From the IMG/VR virus record IMGVR_UViG_3300043395_001957, positions 1 through 62,622 of that record: a DNA stretch of 62,622 nt; one strand, written 5' to 3'. The notes beneath the pieces were generated by a model that saw nothing but the letters and a program-made list of their open reading frames with translations, searched no databases and had not been told where the DNA came from. Positions 8,790-18,495 of the stretch are shown in pieces. Within the stretch, counting starts at the first letter, position 1; the number at the start of each line of letters is the position of its first letter. Position numbers and translations under genes: made by a program. Origin of the DNA: a virus (Duplodnaviria > Caudoviricetes).

Positions 8790-10811
8790 TTATGGGCAAT
8801 TATAGAATGAACCAATAGTACCATTGAAATCAATGAATGATGCGTACTTACTATAATAGTAAGGGAATCCCCACTTCCAATAGCTATATCCACCATTAAA
8901 TGGAGTAGTTAGGCTTGAATCGGTAAACAATTGTGTTACTGCTGCTGGATTATTTGTAGCTGCATATACAACAGTTGGATAGTAATAAGTGTTACTACAA
9001 GCAGCAGTATCACTTCCCCATCCTGCATTACCAATTACATATGCGTAAGATGTAACAGGCGGAGTAATACCACCGACAGAGCCTGATAAACCTGTTCCTG
9101 CTATTCTAACTAATGGTGTTGAAGCAAATGTTGTTTTAACTTCAAACTTACCTTGTGAGAAGAAGTTTGTTGTATCAGTATAATATGTTTTACCATATTC
9201 TCTATTTGCTTCTTTACTGAATTGTTGAGAAAGATAGTCTTGGTCTAATGTATCACCAAAGTTAAGTTGATTCACAGCTAAGTTATTCGCTGGAATTACT
9301 TCTATCTTCTCATCTAAGTTTATGTATTTATTGAAATCTTTTACTTGTCCTTTTTTGTACCAATTATTAAATGTTTCAATTATGAACTCATTTGATTTGG
9401 TTTTATTAGGGTATATTACTAAGTTAAACTTCTTTTGTAAACCTGTAATGAAATCAATCTGCTTAATTCCATTTGTACCATACGGCATATTCGATGGAAT
9501 ATCTACAATCCTACCATCAGCAGCTTGGTTTACTTGCGTAATTTGTATATACGATTTCGTAGTATTATCAGGGTCCAGAGTTACAACTGGCTGTTGAGTT
9601 GGTGCTGCAAAATTAGGTCTTTGTCTTATTTGGAAATAATATGTACCTGCAGGAATGCCATACAATTTAAATTGTGTTTGTAATTCGTATGTTTGATTTA
9701 TACCACCCGTTCTGCTATTTTGTAATTGGTCAAAGAATATAATGTAAGATTGTATAGCAGTTAAACCATATGCAGTTGAACTACCTGTTTCTACCATTTG
9801 TATCTGCCACGTACCATTAGCACTAAAAGTACCAGGCATATTATTTACAGAACAACTTACATTCACATTTAGATTTAAAATACCTTCTAAATTTGTTTTT
9901 TGTTCTACTCTATATGCACCATTCTGATAAAATCCTTGCGGGTCTGATAATGTATTATACCAAGGTAAAGTAACAAAAGTATTTGATGGTAAAGTAATAT
10001 CAGTCATACCACTACCACTAATTGCACCTACCTTTATTTTACCATAGGTTTCCAAATCAACTTCGTTGAACTCTGGGTATTTTAGTGAATGGTTACAAAT
10101 CATATATACATCATTCATAAATGGTTCATTCATAAATGATGATGAGTATGTATATCCAGCTTCTTCAAAGATTGCATCTAATACTTTTTTAACTCTGATT
10201 GCAGGTTTAAAGTTTTGTACAGTTAGTGCACCATCGTTATCATTCATTCCAAATGTTTGGAAATCACCTTGTGCGTATTGATATCCCGTACCATAATCGG
10301 CAAGTGGATAAACTATATCACCATTGAAAAGATTACCATTCCAACTTGCTGAAATATTATCGTAAGATGCAGTATGGTTATACTTTTGTAGTGATGTTAA
10401 GTTTGTTAAATAATTTCTATTGATATCTCTACCAAAAGATGATAGAGTACCATATATTGTTACTTCATATGAATCGATAAATTTATTTGCTAATACATTC
10501 ACCTTATTCAGCTGAAGATATCCGTTTGACAAATATACTGAGTCAAAATCAAAGTAAGCTGGTACTTTAATATTTGTTGCGAATAAGAATGGATTATCAA
10601 TTGATATATCATACACATGCTCAAAGAAAGCATTATTTACCTTTGTACCTGGCAAAGTAATTTGACGAGTAAAATCAGATGGTAATACTCCTATATCAAA
10701 TAAACCTGTTACATTGTTAGATAACTGAATATCCTCATCTGCAAAAAGGTCCAATTGTTGCCCATTGGCTATTAATCGAAAGGTAAATCCTTGCGTTGAT
10801 ATAACTCCCAT
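8790..10811 (-). CDS. Tail-tip/baseplate hub-like protein (N-terminal part)
   Basis: LDLFADEDIQL..SDFTRQITLPGT..NN and KQIDFI..KKFNL motifs of Bacteroidota siphovirus tail proteins. Confidence 0.7.
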   Translation of the reverse strand: MGVISTQGFTFRLIANGQQLDLFADEDIQLSNNVTGLFDIGVLPSDFTRQITLPGTKVNNAFFEHVYDISIDNPFLFATNIKVPAYFDFDSVYLSNGYLQLNKVNVLANKFIDSYEVTIYGTLSSFGRDINRNYLTNLTSLQKYNHTASYDNISASWNGNLFNGDIVYPLADYGTGYQYAQGDFQTFGMNDNDGALTVQNFKPAIRVKKVLDAIFEEAGYTYSSSFMNEPFMNDVYMICNHSLKYPEFNEVDLETYGKIKVGAISGSGMTDITLPSNTFVTLPWYNTLSDPQGFYQNGAYRVEQKTNLEGILNLNVNVSCSVNNMPGTFSANGTWQIQMVETGSSTAYGLTAIQSYIIFFDQLQNSRTGGINQTYELQTQFKLYGIPAGTYYFQIRQRPNFAAPTQQPVVTLDPDNTTKSYIQITQVNQAADGRIVDIPSNMPYGTNGIKQIDFITGLQKKFNLVIYPNKTKSNEFIIETFNNWYKKGQVKDFNKYINLDEKIEVIPANNLAVNQLNFGDTLDQDYLSQQFSKEANREYGKTYYTDTTNFFSQGKFEVKTTFASTPLVRIAGTGLSGSVGGITPPVTSYAYVIGNAGWGSDTAACSNTYYYPTVVYAATNNPAAVTQLFTDSSLTTPFNGGYSYWKWGFPYYYSKYASFIDFNGTIGSFYNCP

Positions 10812-10812
10812 A

Positions 10813-11982
10813 TTATAAAATTAATTTGTACGATTGACCAAAATTAAATTCAAATTGGTATTGTATTAATTTATCTACAACACCTGTTTTAAATGTCATA
10901 TTTTGTGTTGCTATTGTTACTGGTCTCACTATACCATTTGTATAATCTACCCAATATAATTCATCTGAAACTAATAATTGTTTTATAATATCATTCCAAT
11001 CTTCAGTTAACCAATTGGTATTTGCTGAAAGTGATTGTTTAGAATCTGATACATAGTTTAATACCGAACTATCGGTTGATTGATATGAGAACGAAGATGC
11101 TTCCCATGTACCAATTTGTGGAGAATATGTTCTCTTTTCAGTTTGGAAAGATTGTCTACTTACTTCGTTTAAATTAATATAATCGAATTGTCCGTATCGG
11201 TTTTTAAATGCTATTCTTTGGTTTGGATATTTTGTAGGACAATCTATTTCAAATCTAATACTATTTCCTAAAGGTGTAGAGCCACTAAATGCTTGGATAC
11301 TATACCACTCTAAAGAGTTTAGCGAGCCTGAATATGGAAATCCTGCATTAGATGGTGCTTGTGCATAATTTGAAATACACAAAGATGTTGTTGTAGCGTT
11401 TTGTGAAATATTTCGTGTAGATGAACCTAAATTTGAATTATATACTACTCTATTAGCAACGATACCTGCATCATTTGCAATATATACACCCATTGTACCA
11501 ACATCAGTTAACAATGTAGATTGTGTTACAGGTCCATCAGTCATCATAGGCCAGAATGGTGTTTTAGCTGATACCTGTTGTCCGATTGGTTCAGGGAATA
11601 TACCATACCCATCTAATGCTCTATAAGTGTTTGAACGAACGTGTGAGCCTGTTACATAAGAACTACCTGAAAGATATTGCCAATAGAAATCTACTGCATA
11701 ATACATTACATTTGAACTATTATCAATTCTCAAATCAGTTAGAGTTGAGTTTATAATTCTATTCAAATCAAATATACCAACAGTTGCAGTATTAGGAAAT
11801 TTAAGTATTGTATAATCAGCTACTGATGATGATTGAAATAATGTTCCCTGCCAATAATATAATTCGCCTACATATTGAAATGAAGCTGATGTATATGCTG
11901 GTGTATTCTCACTTACCGTAAATATAATCGGTGATTGAGCCAATGAGCAGGATGCAGGAGTTTGTGTTATAGATAAAGCCAT
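10813..11982 (-). CDS. Distal tail (Dit-like) structural protein
   Basis: FKNRYGQFDY, LLVSDELYW and LIQYQFEF motifs; position between neck and hub genes. Confidence 0.6.
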   Translation of the reverse strand: MALSITQTPASCSLAQSPIIFTVSENTPAYTSASFQYVGELYYWQGTLFQSSSVADYTILKFPNTATVGIFDLNRIINSTLTDLRIDNSSNVMYYAVDFYWQYLSGSSYVTGSHVRSNTYRALDGYGIFPEPIGQQVSAKTPFWPMMTDGPVTQSTLLTDVGTMGVYIANDAGIVANRVVYNSNLGSSTRNISQNATTTSLCISNYAQAPSNAGFPYSGSLNSLEWYSIQAFSGSTPLGNSIRFEIDCPTKYPNQRIAFKNRYGQFDYINLNEVSRQSFQTEKRTYSPQIGTWEASSFSYQSTDSSVLNYVSDSKQSLSANTNWLTEDWNDIIKQLLVSDELYWVDYTNGIVRPVTIATQNMTFKTGVVDKLIQYQFEFNFGQSYKLIL

Positions 11983-12034
11983 TCGATTAAATCTTTATTT
12001 ATTTAACCATTCAAAATAAAAAAGTAAGTGATGG

Positions 12035-12442
12035 TTATGTTTTAGCTCTAACCGCTTCTCTTATTTCTTCAACAATTGCTTTACCAACTGCGTTTGTATA
12101 TGATTTTATTGCCTGTTTAACAGATGAATCTTTATATGCTTTATCAGCATAATCGAAGTGTTGTGGATATCTCTTGCGTAGTTTTGCAGTCTTACCATTG
12201 CCACGTCCGAATGGTGTATTCCAATACTTACCATAAGTGGCGCCAGGAGGTGCAAAATAAAATGTAATAGTCGCATCACCATTTGTATCAAATTTAACCA
12301 TTCTATCAGGCGTATTGTACTGACGTATGGTATTACGAAGATTGCCCGTATCTCGTGGTGCAAGTTGAGAACCTACATTACGAATCGTTTTAGCAACATT
12401 CTTTAATGGTTGTTTTATTTGGGATATATTCTTAATAGCCAT
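12035..12442 (-). CDS. Tail completion/neck protein (HK97 gp10-like)
   Basis: APRDTGNLRNTI motif; basic; start coupled (TAATG) to the upstream stop. Confidence 0.7.
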   Translation of the reverse strand: MAIKNISQIKQPLKNVAKTIRNVGSQLAPRDTGNLRNTIRQYNTPDRMVKFDTNGDATITFYFAPPGATYGKYWNTPFGRGNGKTAKLRKRYPQHFDYADKAYKDSSVKQAIKSYTNAVGKAIVEEIREAVRAKT

Positions 12443-12987
12443 TAGCAAACAGGATTAGGATATGAGCCTGATGGTAACAAATTAAATAGACAACGAGGTC
12501 TATCATTGTGTGTTACTAAAGTAAATGTAGCTACATGTCCTGCCAATCCATTGTTAAATCTATCCATAAATGGCTCACATACAATATCTCCATCGATATC
12601 AAATGCAGCTACTGAATATTGTGTAAAAGAAGTAAGGTCATTGATAATTGCCAAAGTGTTAGCAAGAATATCAACTGTATCATCAACTCCATAAAACGGA
12701 ATCGTTTGTTCATTATTCTTATTATTTGATTCGTTATCCTTATTCTTAATCTTATCAGCAATTACTAATTGTATTTCATGTCTAGTTGTCGAATCGGATA
12801 TAGTACTACTCATTATATTTACATTTCCTAATGGATACATAGGAAACTCTCTATCATCTACTTCCTGCAATTCACCAGTTGTTACTTTAGTAATAGATGG
12901 GTGATTTGTCATTATGGTTTCGAAATAATCTAAAGCATTGTAGTACAATGTATAGTTTACTCCTTGATTATATTGTAAGTAGCTCAT
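12442..12987 (-). CDS. Tail terminator-like protein
   Basis: YPLGNV and CEPFMDRFNNGLAG motifs; synteny. Confidence 0.6.
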   Translation of the reverse strand: MSYLQYNQGVNYTLYYNALDYFETIMTNHPSITKVTTGELQEVDDREFPMYPLGNVNIMSSTISDSTTRHEIQLVIADKIKNKDNESNNKNNEQTIPFYGVDDTVDILANTLAIINDLTSFTQYSVAAFDIDGDIVCEPFMDRFNNGLAGHVATFTLVTHNDRPRCLFNLLPSGSYPNPVC

Positions 12988-12993
12988 AATTTA

Positions 12994-13506
12994 TTATAAT
13001 TGAATTCCACCAAAGTACTGATTTGTTTGGTCTGGATAAATCTGTGTTTGGTTTCCAACTGATTGTAAGTATTGAGGAATTTCGTTTGAGTAAGATATCA
13101 AATAGTTTTGTAATCTCAACGCATAGTAGTCAGCATTGTTCTGAGCTTTCGCTAGAAGGTAATCTATCTCCGCTTTCGATGGAGCGACGCCTTGCTCACT
13201 CTGTTGCTTCACAGCACCATTTGATTTGAACTGAATAGAACTGAAAGGAATGTATTCCACACAACTATACCAAATAAGAGTTGGTTTAACGTGGTCTGTC
13301 ATCAAATCAGCATAATACCCTGTAAATGGAGTTTGAGTTTCTATTTGTAAACTTAAATAATCATACAATACAGTACCTAAAAGGTTTTTTAGATACTTTA
13401 CCTGTGCAGTTTGTATAAATGGTAATAAAGCATCTGCATCAATAGCACCCTGTAATGGGGTATTCTTAATGATATCGTTTCTCGTTATAAATAATGCGGT
13501 TGCCAT
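12994..13506 (-). CDS. Head-tail adaptor-like protein
   Basis: ALFITRNDI..AQ..YL..LLGT.LY; follows the portal gene. Confidence 0.65.
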   Translation of the reverse strand: MATALFITRNDIIKNTPLQGAIDADALLPFIQTAQVKYLKNLLGTVLYDYLSLQIETQTPFTGYYADLMTDHVKPTLIWYSCVEYIPFSSIQFKSNGAVKQQSEQGVAPSKAEIDYLLAKAQNNADYYALRLQNYLISYSNEIPQYLQSVGNQTQIYPDQTNQYFGGIQL

Positions 13507-13509
13507 ATC

Positions 13510-14811
13510 TTATATTTTTTCTGATGTATATTCTTTTCTAAAAAATGCTCCACTCAATCCATATTCAAATCTTTCAATTGGCTCATCACCTGCTATATCT
13601 TGTGGGTCTTCATCTGCTGAATCATCCGTAGTTGCAGGATTTATCATAGCATCGTTTGTATCATCTTCAACTTCATCTACAGTCTGACCTGTTTCTTCTG
13701 CTGTTTGTGAAAGAATTACTAATGGAGTTAATTGTTCAAAGTATAATTGTGCATCATCAATACCTCCACACATTAATGCGTAATCTAATGAGTTTAAAAT
13801 AAGGCTTTGAAATGGTGCTATTGTCATTGTTTGTAAGATAGAGAAAGCCGTTTTCATTTCTTCTGATTGAGAAGAGAATCCGTTATTTGCTGTTCTGATA
13901 CCAAATAAAAGGGGTGATGTAATTCTATGTGATACTAATATTCTATCTTGTGCGTATTCTGCAACATAACTAAACTTCTCATGTAGGTTATCTATTTGTA
14001 TTACATCGATTGTTGGTTTAGTTGCTGGGTCATCATTAAATGATAACATAAACTTACCTGCATTATTAGTGCCTGTAAACTTAGCGTATAAAAGGTCCTC
14101 AATAGTTTGTCTTTCTTCTGGCGCTGGAATACCACTATTCATATTCAGCATTACCATTGGTAAGAAACCATTTAAGATATTGTTTGTATGTAAGTTACTC
14201 AATTCACCTTCTACAATTGAATACTGAAATGATGAAATCCAATCAGGTAATGAGTAGTAATATAAATTAGGAGTATAATTCTTAATCCAAAGTATTTCCA
14301 TCTTTTCAGATGATGTTTCAAAAGCAGGAATCTTTTTCTTATCTCTTACTTTTCTCTGGTCATTCCAATCAGTACAATAATAGTAGTTTTGGATACGTGG
14401 ATTATCGTATATCTTTTCAGCTCTAAGAGTTTGAACTGGCACGTGATAAAACTTAATTATCTTCGTATGCTCAGCGTTCCAATAAACTTGGAATGCAGCA
14501 TTACCAAATAGTTTTAAATCGAATGCTGCTCTTTTAACATCTTCCTGTGGTAGGATTTTTTGCAACATTAGATTTACATCTTCTCTCTTTGAGTATAATC
14601 CTTTACCATAGATTAAATCTGCAATACCTTCTACACAAGCTGCATTGGTTGTTGAATGATTGTATGCAAGATTAACTGCATCAAAGAAATCATCGTGTCC
14701 GTGGATACCAAATGGAATCCATGCATATCGTGTTCTCGTATCTTCAGTAACAACTGGCAATGCATTGTTACCACTTACATTAAAAACCGATAAATTTACT
14801 TCTTTCTTCAT
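13510..14811 (-). CDS. Portal protein
   Basis: STTNAAC..IYGKGL, YYSLPDW, KFTGTNNAGKF, ILVSHRITSPLLFG. Confidence 0.85.
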   Translation of the reverse strand: MKKEVNLSVFNVSGNNALPVVTEDTRTRYAWIPFGIHGHDDFFDAVNLAYNHSTTNAACVEGIADLIYGKGLYSKREDVNLMLQKILPQEDVKRAAFDLKLFGNAAFQVYWNAEHTKIIKFYHVPVQTLRAEKIYDNPRIQNYYYCTDWNDQRKVRDKKKIPAFETSSEKMEILWIKNYTPNLYYYSLPDWISSFQYSIVEGELSNLHTNNILNGFLPMVMLNMNSGIPAPEERQTIEDLLYAKFTGTNNAGKFMLSFNDDPATKPTIDVIQIDNLHEKFSYVAEYAQDRILVSHRITSPLLFGIRTANNGFSSQSEEMKTAFSILQTMTIAPFQSLILNSLDYALMCGGIDDAQLYFEQLTPLVILSQTAEETGQTVDEVEDDTNDAMINPATTDDSADEDPQDIAGDEPIERFEYGLSGAFFRKEYTSEKI

Positions 14812-14812
14812 A

Positions 14813-15175
14813 TTAGTTCATTATAATATATTCGTTAGAGCTATCCGCTGAGATTGAGCCACTATTAATAGGGATTTGGTTAATGTATTCAGGCTTAGAT
14901 ACTGATTGAGAACCAAATATTTGAATACTACCATTCCATAATTCAGTAGTTCCATTTGTCAATGTAGCTCTAAACTCTTGTCCTACATAAGCACCTACAA
15001 TACTTGCTGTAAATGAAACCATACTCTCACATGCATTATATGATGCAGATGCGATTGAAGCAGTTGAATTAGTTTGTGTCAACATATCCTGTAATGACAT
15101 TGTGAACGAATTAGATGGGCTCTGACTCGTTCTAATTGTGTATCCATTGCTGCCAGATATAAAATAAGTAAGCAT
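14813..15175 (-). CDS. Small structural protein (head closure-like)
   Basis: Directly upstream of portal; homolog 48953-49453; own late promoter. Confidence 0.55.
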   Translation of the reverse strand: MLTYFISGSNGYTIRTSQSPSNSFTMSLQDMLTQTNSTASIASASYNACESMVSFTASIVGAYVGQEFRATLTNGTTELWNGSIQIFGSQSVSKPEYINQIPINSGSISADSSNEYIIMN

Positions 15176-15239
15176 TATCTCGTAATAGTTTATGTTCTTC
15201 TATATTTAACACATATAAAAGTAAAAATAGTTGGCAAAT

Positions 15240-15270
15240 AAAAAACCCCACTCAATTAAGAGTAGGGTTT
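15240..15270 (-). terminator. Intrinsic terminator after capsid/tail tube operon
   Basis: AAACCC(C)ACTC-AATTAA-GAGTAGGGTTT hairpin with T-tract on the minus strand; identical in unit B. Confidence 0.75.
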
Positions 15271-15294
15271 AATATTTTTATAATGCTATACTGA

Positions 15295-15846
15295 TTAGCT
15301 ATTAGTTCCGTACACAACAGTCGGTGCTCCTGCACCTGTTAATGCTGCGAATGGATTAGTTTGAGTTGAACCGCTGATGAATGCTGCTGGTAATTTCTCC
15401 ATACCTGTGAATGTTACAGAATAACCATAAAGGTCTCCCATAGCTGCACCTGTCTGAATTGTTCCTGCGGTTACATCTGCACCTTCTTGCTCACCAACTA
15501 ACAATGCATCTCCGTTTGTAGTCCAAACAACGATTTGAGGTCTACCATAAGCCATAAGCTTTAATTGAGTAGTCATTTCGTTAGTCAATTTCTTCAAGTT
15601 CAATACTAATTCTTGGTTGAAGAATGTAGTACCATTATCTCTTGAGCTATTCACGGTTTCAGTATATGCACTTGTTCCTTTTAACTGATAGTAGTAAACT
15701 GTGCTACCAGAAGGAAATGCGGTTATTTCGCCGCTTCCGTTCTTAGTGAAAGACCCGGTAGTATAGTTTAAGAAGTACACTCCGGCTAAACCACCGATAC
15801 TATCTTTACATACTTCGTTTCTTCCAGCTGATAAATTACAAGCCAT
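15295..15846 (-). CDS. Major tail (tube) protein
   Basis: MACNLSAGRNEVCKDSIGGL..NGTTFF.Q..GDLYGYSVTFTG.E family pattern. Confidence 0.7.
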   Translation of the reverse strand: MACNLSAGRNEVCKDSIGGLAGVYFLNYTTGSFTKNGSGEITAFPSGSTVYYYQLKGTSAYTETVNSSRDNGTTFFNQELVLNLKKLTNEMTTQLKLMAYGRPQIVVWTTNGDALLVGEQEGADVTAGTIQTGAAMGDLYGYSVTFTGMEKLPAAFISGSTQTNPFAALTGAGAPTVVYGTNS

Positions 15847-15877
15847 ATTCTGTTAAGTTTAATTTGTTAGTTAATGA

Positions 15878-16852
15878 TTAATAAGCGCCGTAGTAAACGA
15901 TATCTTGTCCGATACCGAACTGAACACCTGCAGTGTATCTCATAATGATTCTGTAGTTTTGAGAACCATCTAAGTTAGCCATGTCTAACACTCTTACTTC
16001 GTTGTGGTCAGATAAAAGACCTGTACCGAAGAATAAGTTAGATTTTTGAGCTGCTACAATCTTAGAAGAACTCATACCTGGACACAATACGATTTCGATA
16101 CCATTGAAGTTGAATGGTTTTTCACCAACGTTCATTTGGTTATTCCATCCGTTTGCACCGATAGCACCACCTGCTAATGCTTGCTGATATGCTTTAGCTA
16201 CATCAGTAGAAACATACAACAATACATCTTCTTTACCATAAACTGTATCAGGAATAGTAGATACTACTGAATCCAATTTAGATAATACGTTTGCTGAAGT
16301 TACACTACCAGAGATGATTGCTGAAGAACCACCAGTGCTTCTTGCTGGCAATACTGCTGTTGCACCACCTGCTGCGATAGAAGCAGAGAATGCAGATTCG
16401 AATCCTAAGAACTGACCATTGATGTTAGTTCCTCTCCAAATAGATTGTTCAGTTGCTTCTGCTACTTTACCACCTACATAAGAGATTAAGAAATCGTTGA
16501 AGTTAGCAGGAATAGAATCAAATGCGCTATAGCCCAATTGTAAAGCTTCCCAGCTATCTACGAATTCTTGCTTACATAATTGTAAGTTAACTTGCAATTC
16601 TTTTGGTTCTAAGATTCTTTCAGATAATACAACACTACCTGAAGTTACGAAGTCGCAAGATGCGTCTTGTACGATACCATCAACCGCTACTTTTTGTAAA
16701 ACTTCTTTAAATTTTACATTTGGGTGAATGGTAATCAATTTGTTGTCAAGCGTTCTAGCTGACAAAAGCGCTGCAGCAATATACTGACCTGCGAATTCCC
16801 CCGCATAGGTTGTAGTAATTGTAGGCTGAGCGAAATTTTGTAATTTTTTCAT
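15878..16852 (-). CDS. Major capsid protein
   Basis: TTTYAGEFAG.YIAAALLS, LQVNLQLCK and SNLFFGTGLLSD; follows the scaffold gene. Confidence 0.85.
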   Translation of the reverse strand: MKKLQNFAQPTITTTYAGEFAGQYIAAALLSARTLDNKLITIHPNVKFKEVLQKVAVDGIVQDASCDFVTSGSVVLSERILEPKELQVNLQLCKQEFVDSWEALQLGYSAFDSIPANFNDFLISYVGGKVAEATEQSIWRGTNINGQFLGFESAFSASIAAGGATAVLPARSTGGSSAIISGSVTSANVLSKLDSVVSTIPDTVYGKEDVLLYVSTDVAKAYQQALAGGAIGANGWNNQMNVGEKPFNFNGIEIVLCPGMSSSKIVAAQKSNLFFGTGLLSDHNEVRVLDMANLDGSQNYRIIMRYTAGVQFGIGQDIVYYGAY

Positions 16853-16885
16853 TGTTACCTTTTTTAAAAGATTTTTTTAATAATT

Positions 16886-17623
16886 TTATTTATAAAGTTT
16901 AGATAAGAATCTGTCTTGCGTATTCGCAACTTTCTTACCGAATTTTACTTCTGATTTTTCTGAACTCATTTTAGTTTCAACAGGAGCTCCATCTAATTTA
17001 GGTAATTCCTCTTCGATATCTGCTTCTTTGTCTACTACTTCTTCTTTAACGGCTTCCATTGATTCAATCTTCTTAGCCATTTCTTCGATACGATAAGCCA
17101 TTTCTTCCATCTTCTTTTTCATATCACCTAATTCTATTTCGATTTCAGGTGCTTCATCTTCCATTGGCTCTCCATCAGTTTCAGGCATATTAGGGTCAAC
17201 TTCTTCAGTTACCTCTGCCATCATAGATGCAGGCTTTAATCCTTTATCATTTGATGCTGGAGAATCGATATCTTTTACTTTATTAGCTTCTTCTTCGATG
17301 TTAGATTGTGGAAGGTCTTTCACTTCAGCAGTTTCTGCATCAGCCATTTCAACTTCAACATTCTCTCTTTCAACGATTTTACCGTCTTTAGTGATAACTT
17401 TGATTAAGTTTTCTTCGCCTGATTCATCTTTCAATGCTAACTCATGCTCACCATCTGGAGCTGGAGTTTTAGTACCATCTTCTGATACTACGAACAAATC
17501 TTCACCTACATCGAAAGTAGCTGATTCTACGATTGTTCCGTCTTTTAATCTAGCATAAGTTAATTCTACTTCATCTTTTGTCAAAAGTGTAATTATCTTA
17601 TTTAGGACTTGTTTTGCGTTCAT
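16886..17623 (-). CDS. Capsid scaffolding protein
   Basis: Acidic; L.DGT..E, PAPDGEH; directly upstream of MCP. Confidence 0.7.
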   Translation of the reverse strand: MNAKQVLNKIITLLTKDEVELTYARLKDGTIVESATFDVGEDLFVVSEDGTKTPAPDGEHELALKDESGEENLIKVITKDGKIVERENVEVEMADAETAEVKDLPQSNIEEEANKVKDIDSPASNDKGLKPASMMAEVTEEVDPNMPETDGEPMEDEAPEIEIELGDMKKKMEEMAYRIEEMAKKIESMEAVKEEVVDKEADIEEELPKLDGAPVETKMSSEKSEVKFGKKVANTQDRFLSKLYK

Positions 17624-17643
17624 AATGATTAATTATTTAATTA

Positions 17644-17673
17644 TTTAACATATATTGTTTGAAAAGTTGTAAT
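17644..17673 (-). promoter_or_regulatory. Example of recurrent late promoter (ATTAC...TGTTAAA)
   Basis: Same motif upstream of about 8 late genes per unit. Confidence 0.6.
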
Positions 17674-17681
17674 TTTTTTTA

Positions 17682-18494
17682 TTAAAGTGTGAAAATATAA
17701 TCATATACGGCAGTTCTTTCCAATGATGTAAGCGTTCTGTTGTATATTATTACAGTTTTTATTCTACCATTAAACCAGTTAAATACGTTGCCCAAATTAT
17801 TTATTCTAGATGCTATTGTAATTGGTGGGTCATCTGGGTCCCAATTTTCGTTTGGAACAGTTTGTGCATTCGTTATTGAAATATTATTTGCATAAACATT
17901 TTTATTTCCGCTAGAATCTACATCAAGTGTCAATATAGTTCTTACACCTCTACTTATACTATTTGAATTATTACCCGTAACACCTGTTGGGGTTGTGTTT
18001 ACAGCAGATTCTATTGTATTACCTAAACCTGCAGAATTAAGTTCAAATAAAAATTTATAAACAGTTCCTTGGTCTTTCCAACCTGCTACAATCGCTCCTT
18101 CTGGGTCTAAAAAAGAACCAGACGTAGGTGTGATATCTGCAAATAAAGTAAACCCACCTCTAACACTTCCTGTTAAATAGTTTTGCAATGCACTACCTGA
18201 TTGTAATATTGCGTATTGCTGAGAACTACTTGCAAATAAAAATCCATCAATAGAACTGAATGTTGGCGAATTTACTAATGTAAAATTATTTCCATTTCCA
18301 CTTATATCATACCATACAGTTCCACTTCCAGAATATGATGATGTTGTATTATTCAATTCCAACAATCTATTAGATGTTACGGGGTTACTACCACTTACAC
18401 CAAATACTTGAGTGCTGCCTAAGTATGCAGAACTTACAGTAGATGAACCTAAGTATATACTACTAATTGTTGAACTTGCTAATGCTATACTCAT
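17682..18494 (-). CDS. LamG/ConA-like lectin domain fibre-associated protein (unit A only)
   Basis: N-terminal SIYLG..SAYLGS.QVF anchor; SYSGSGTVWYDISGNGN; IIYNRTL. Confidence 0.7.
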   Translation of the reverse strand: MSIALASSTISSIYLGSSTVSSAYLGSTQVFGVSGSNPVTSNRLLELNNTTSSYSGSGTVWYDISGNGNNFTLVNSPTFSSIDGFLFASSSQQYAILQSGSALQNYLTGSVRGGFTLFADITPTSGSFLDPEGAIVAGWKDQGTVYKFLFELNSAGLGNTIESAVNTTPTGVTGNNSNSISRGVRTILTLDVDSSGNKNVYANNISITNAQTVPNENWDPDDPPITIASRINNLGNVFNWFNGRIKTVIIYNRTLTSLERTAVYDYIFTL

Positions 18495-18495
18495 A

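Noticed and set aside
8789-8896. N-terminal extension of ORF 7286-8896 from the ORF track
   Set aside because: Overlaps the upstream gene; the B homolog starts at the position equivalent to ATG 8788
5984-10811. Diversity-generating retroelement acting on tail-tip domains
   Set aside because: No reverse transcriptase and no template/variable repeat pair with A-specific mismatches seen
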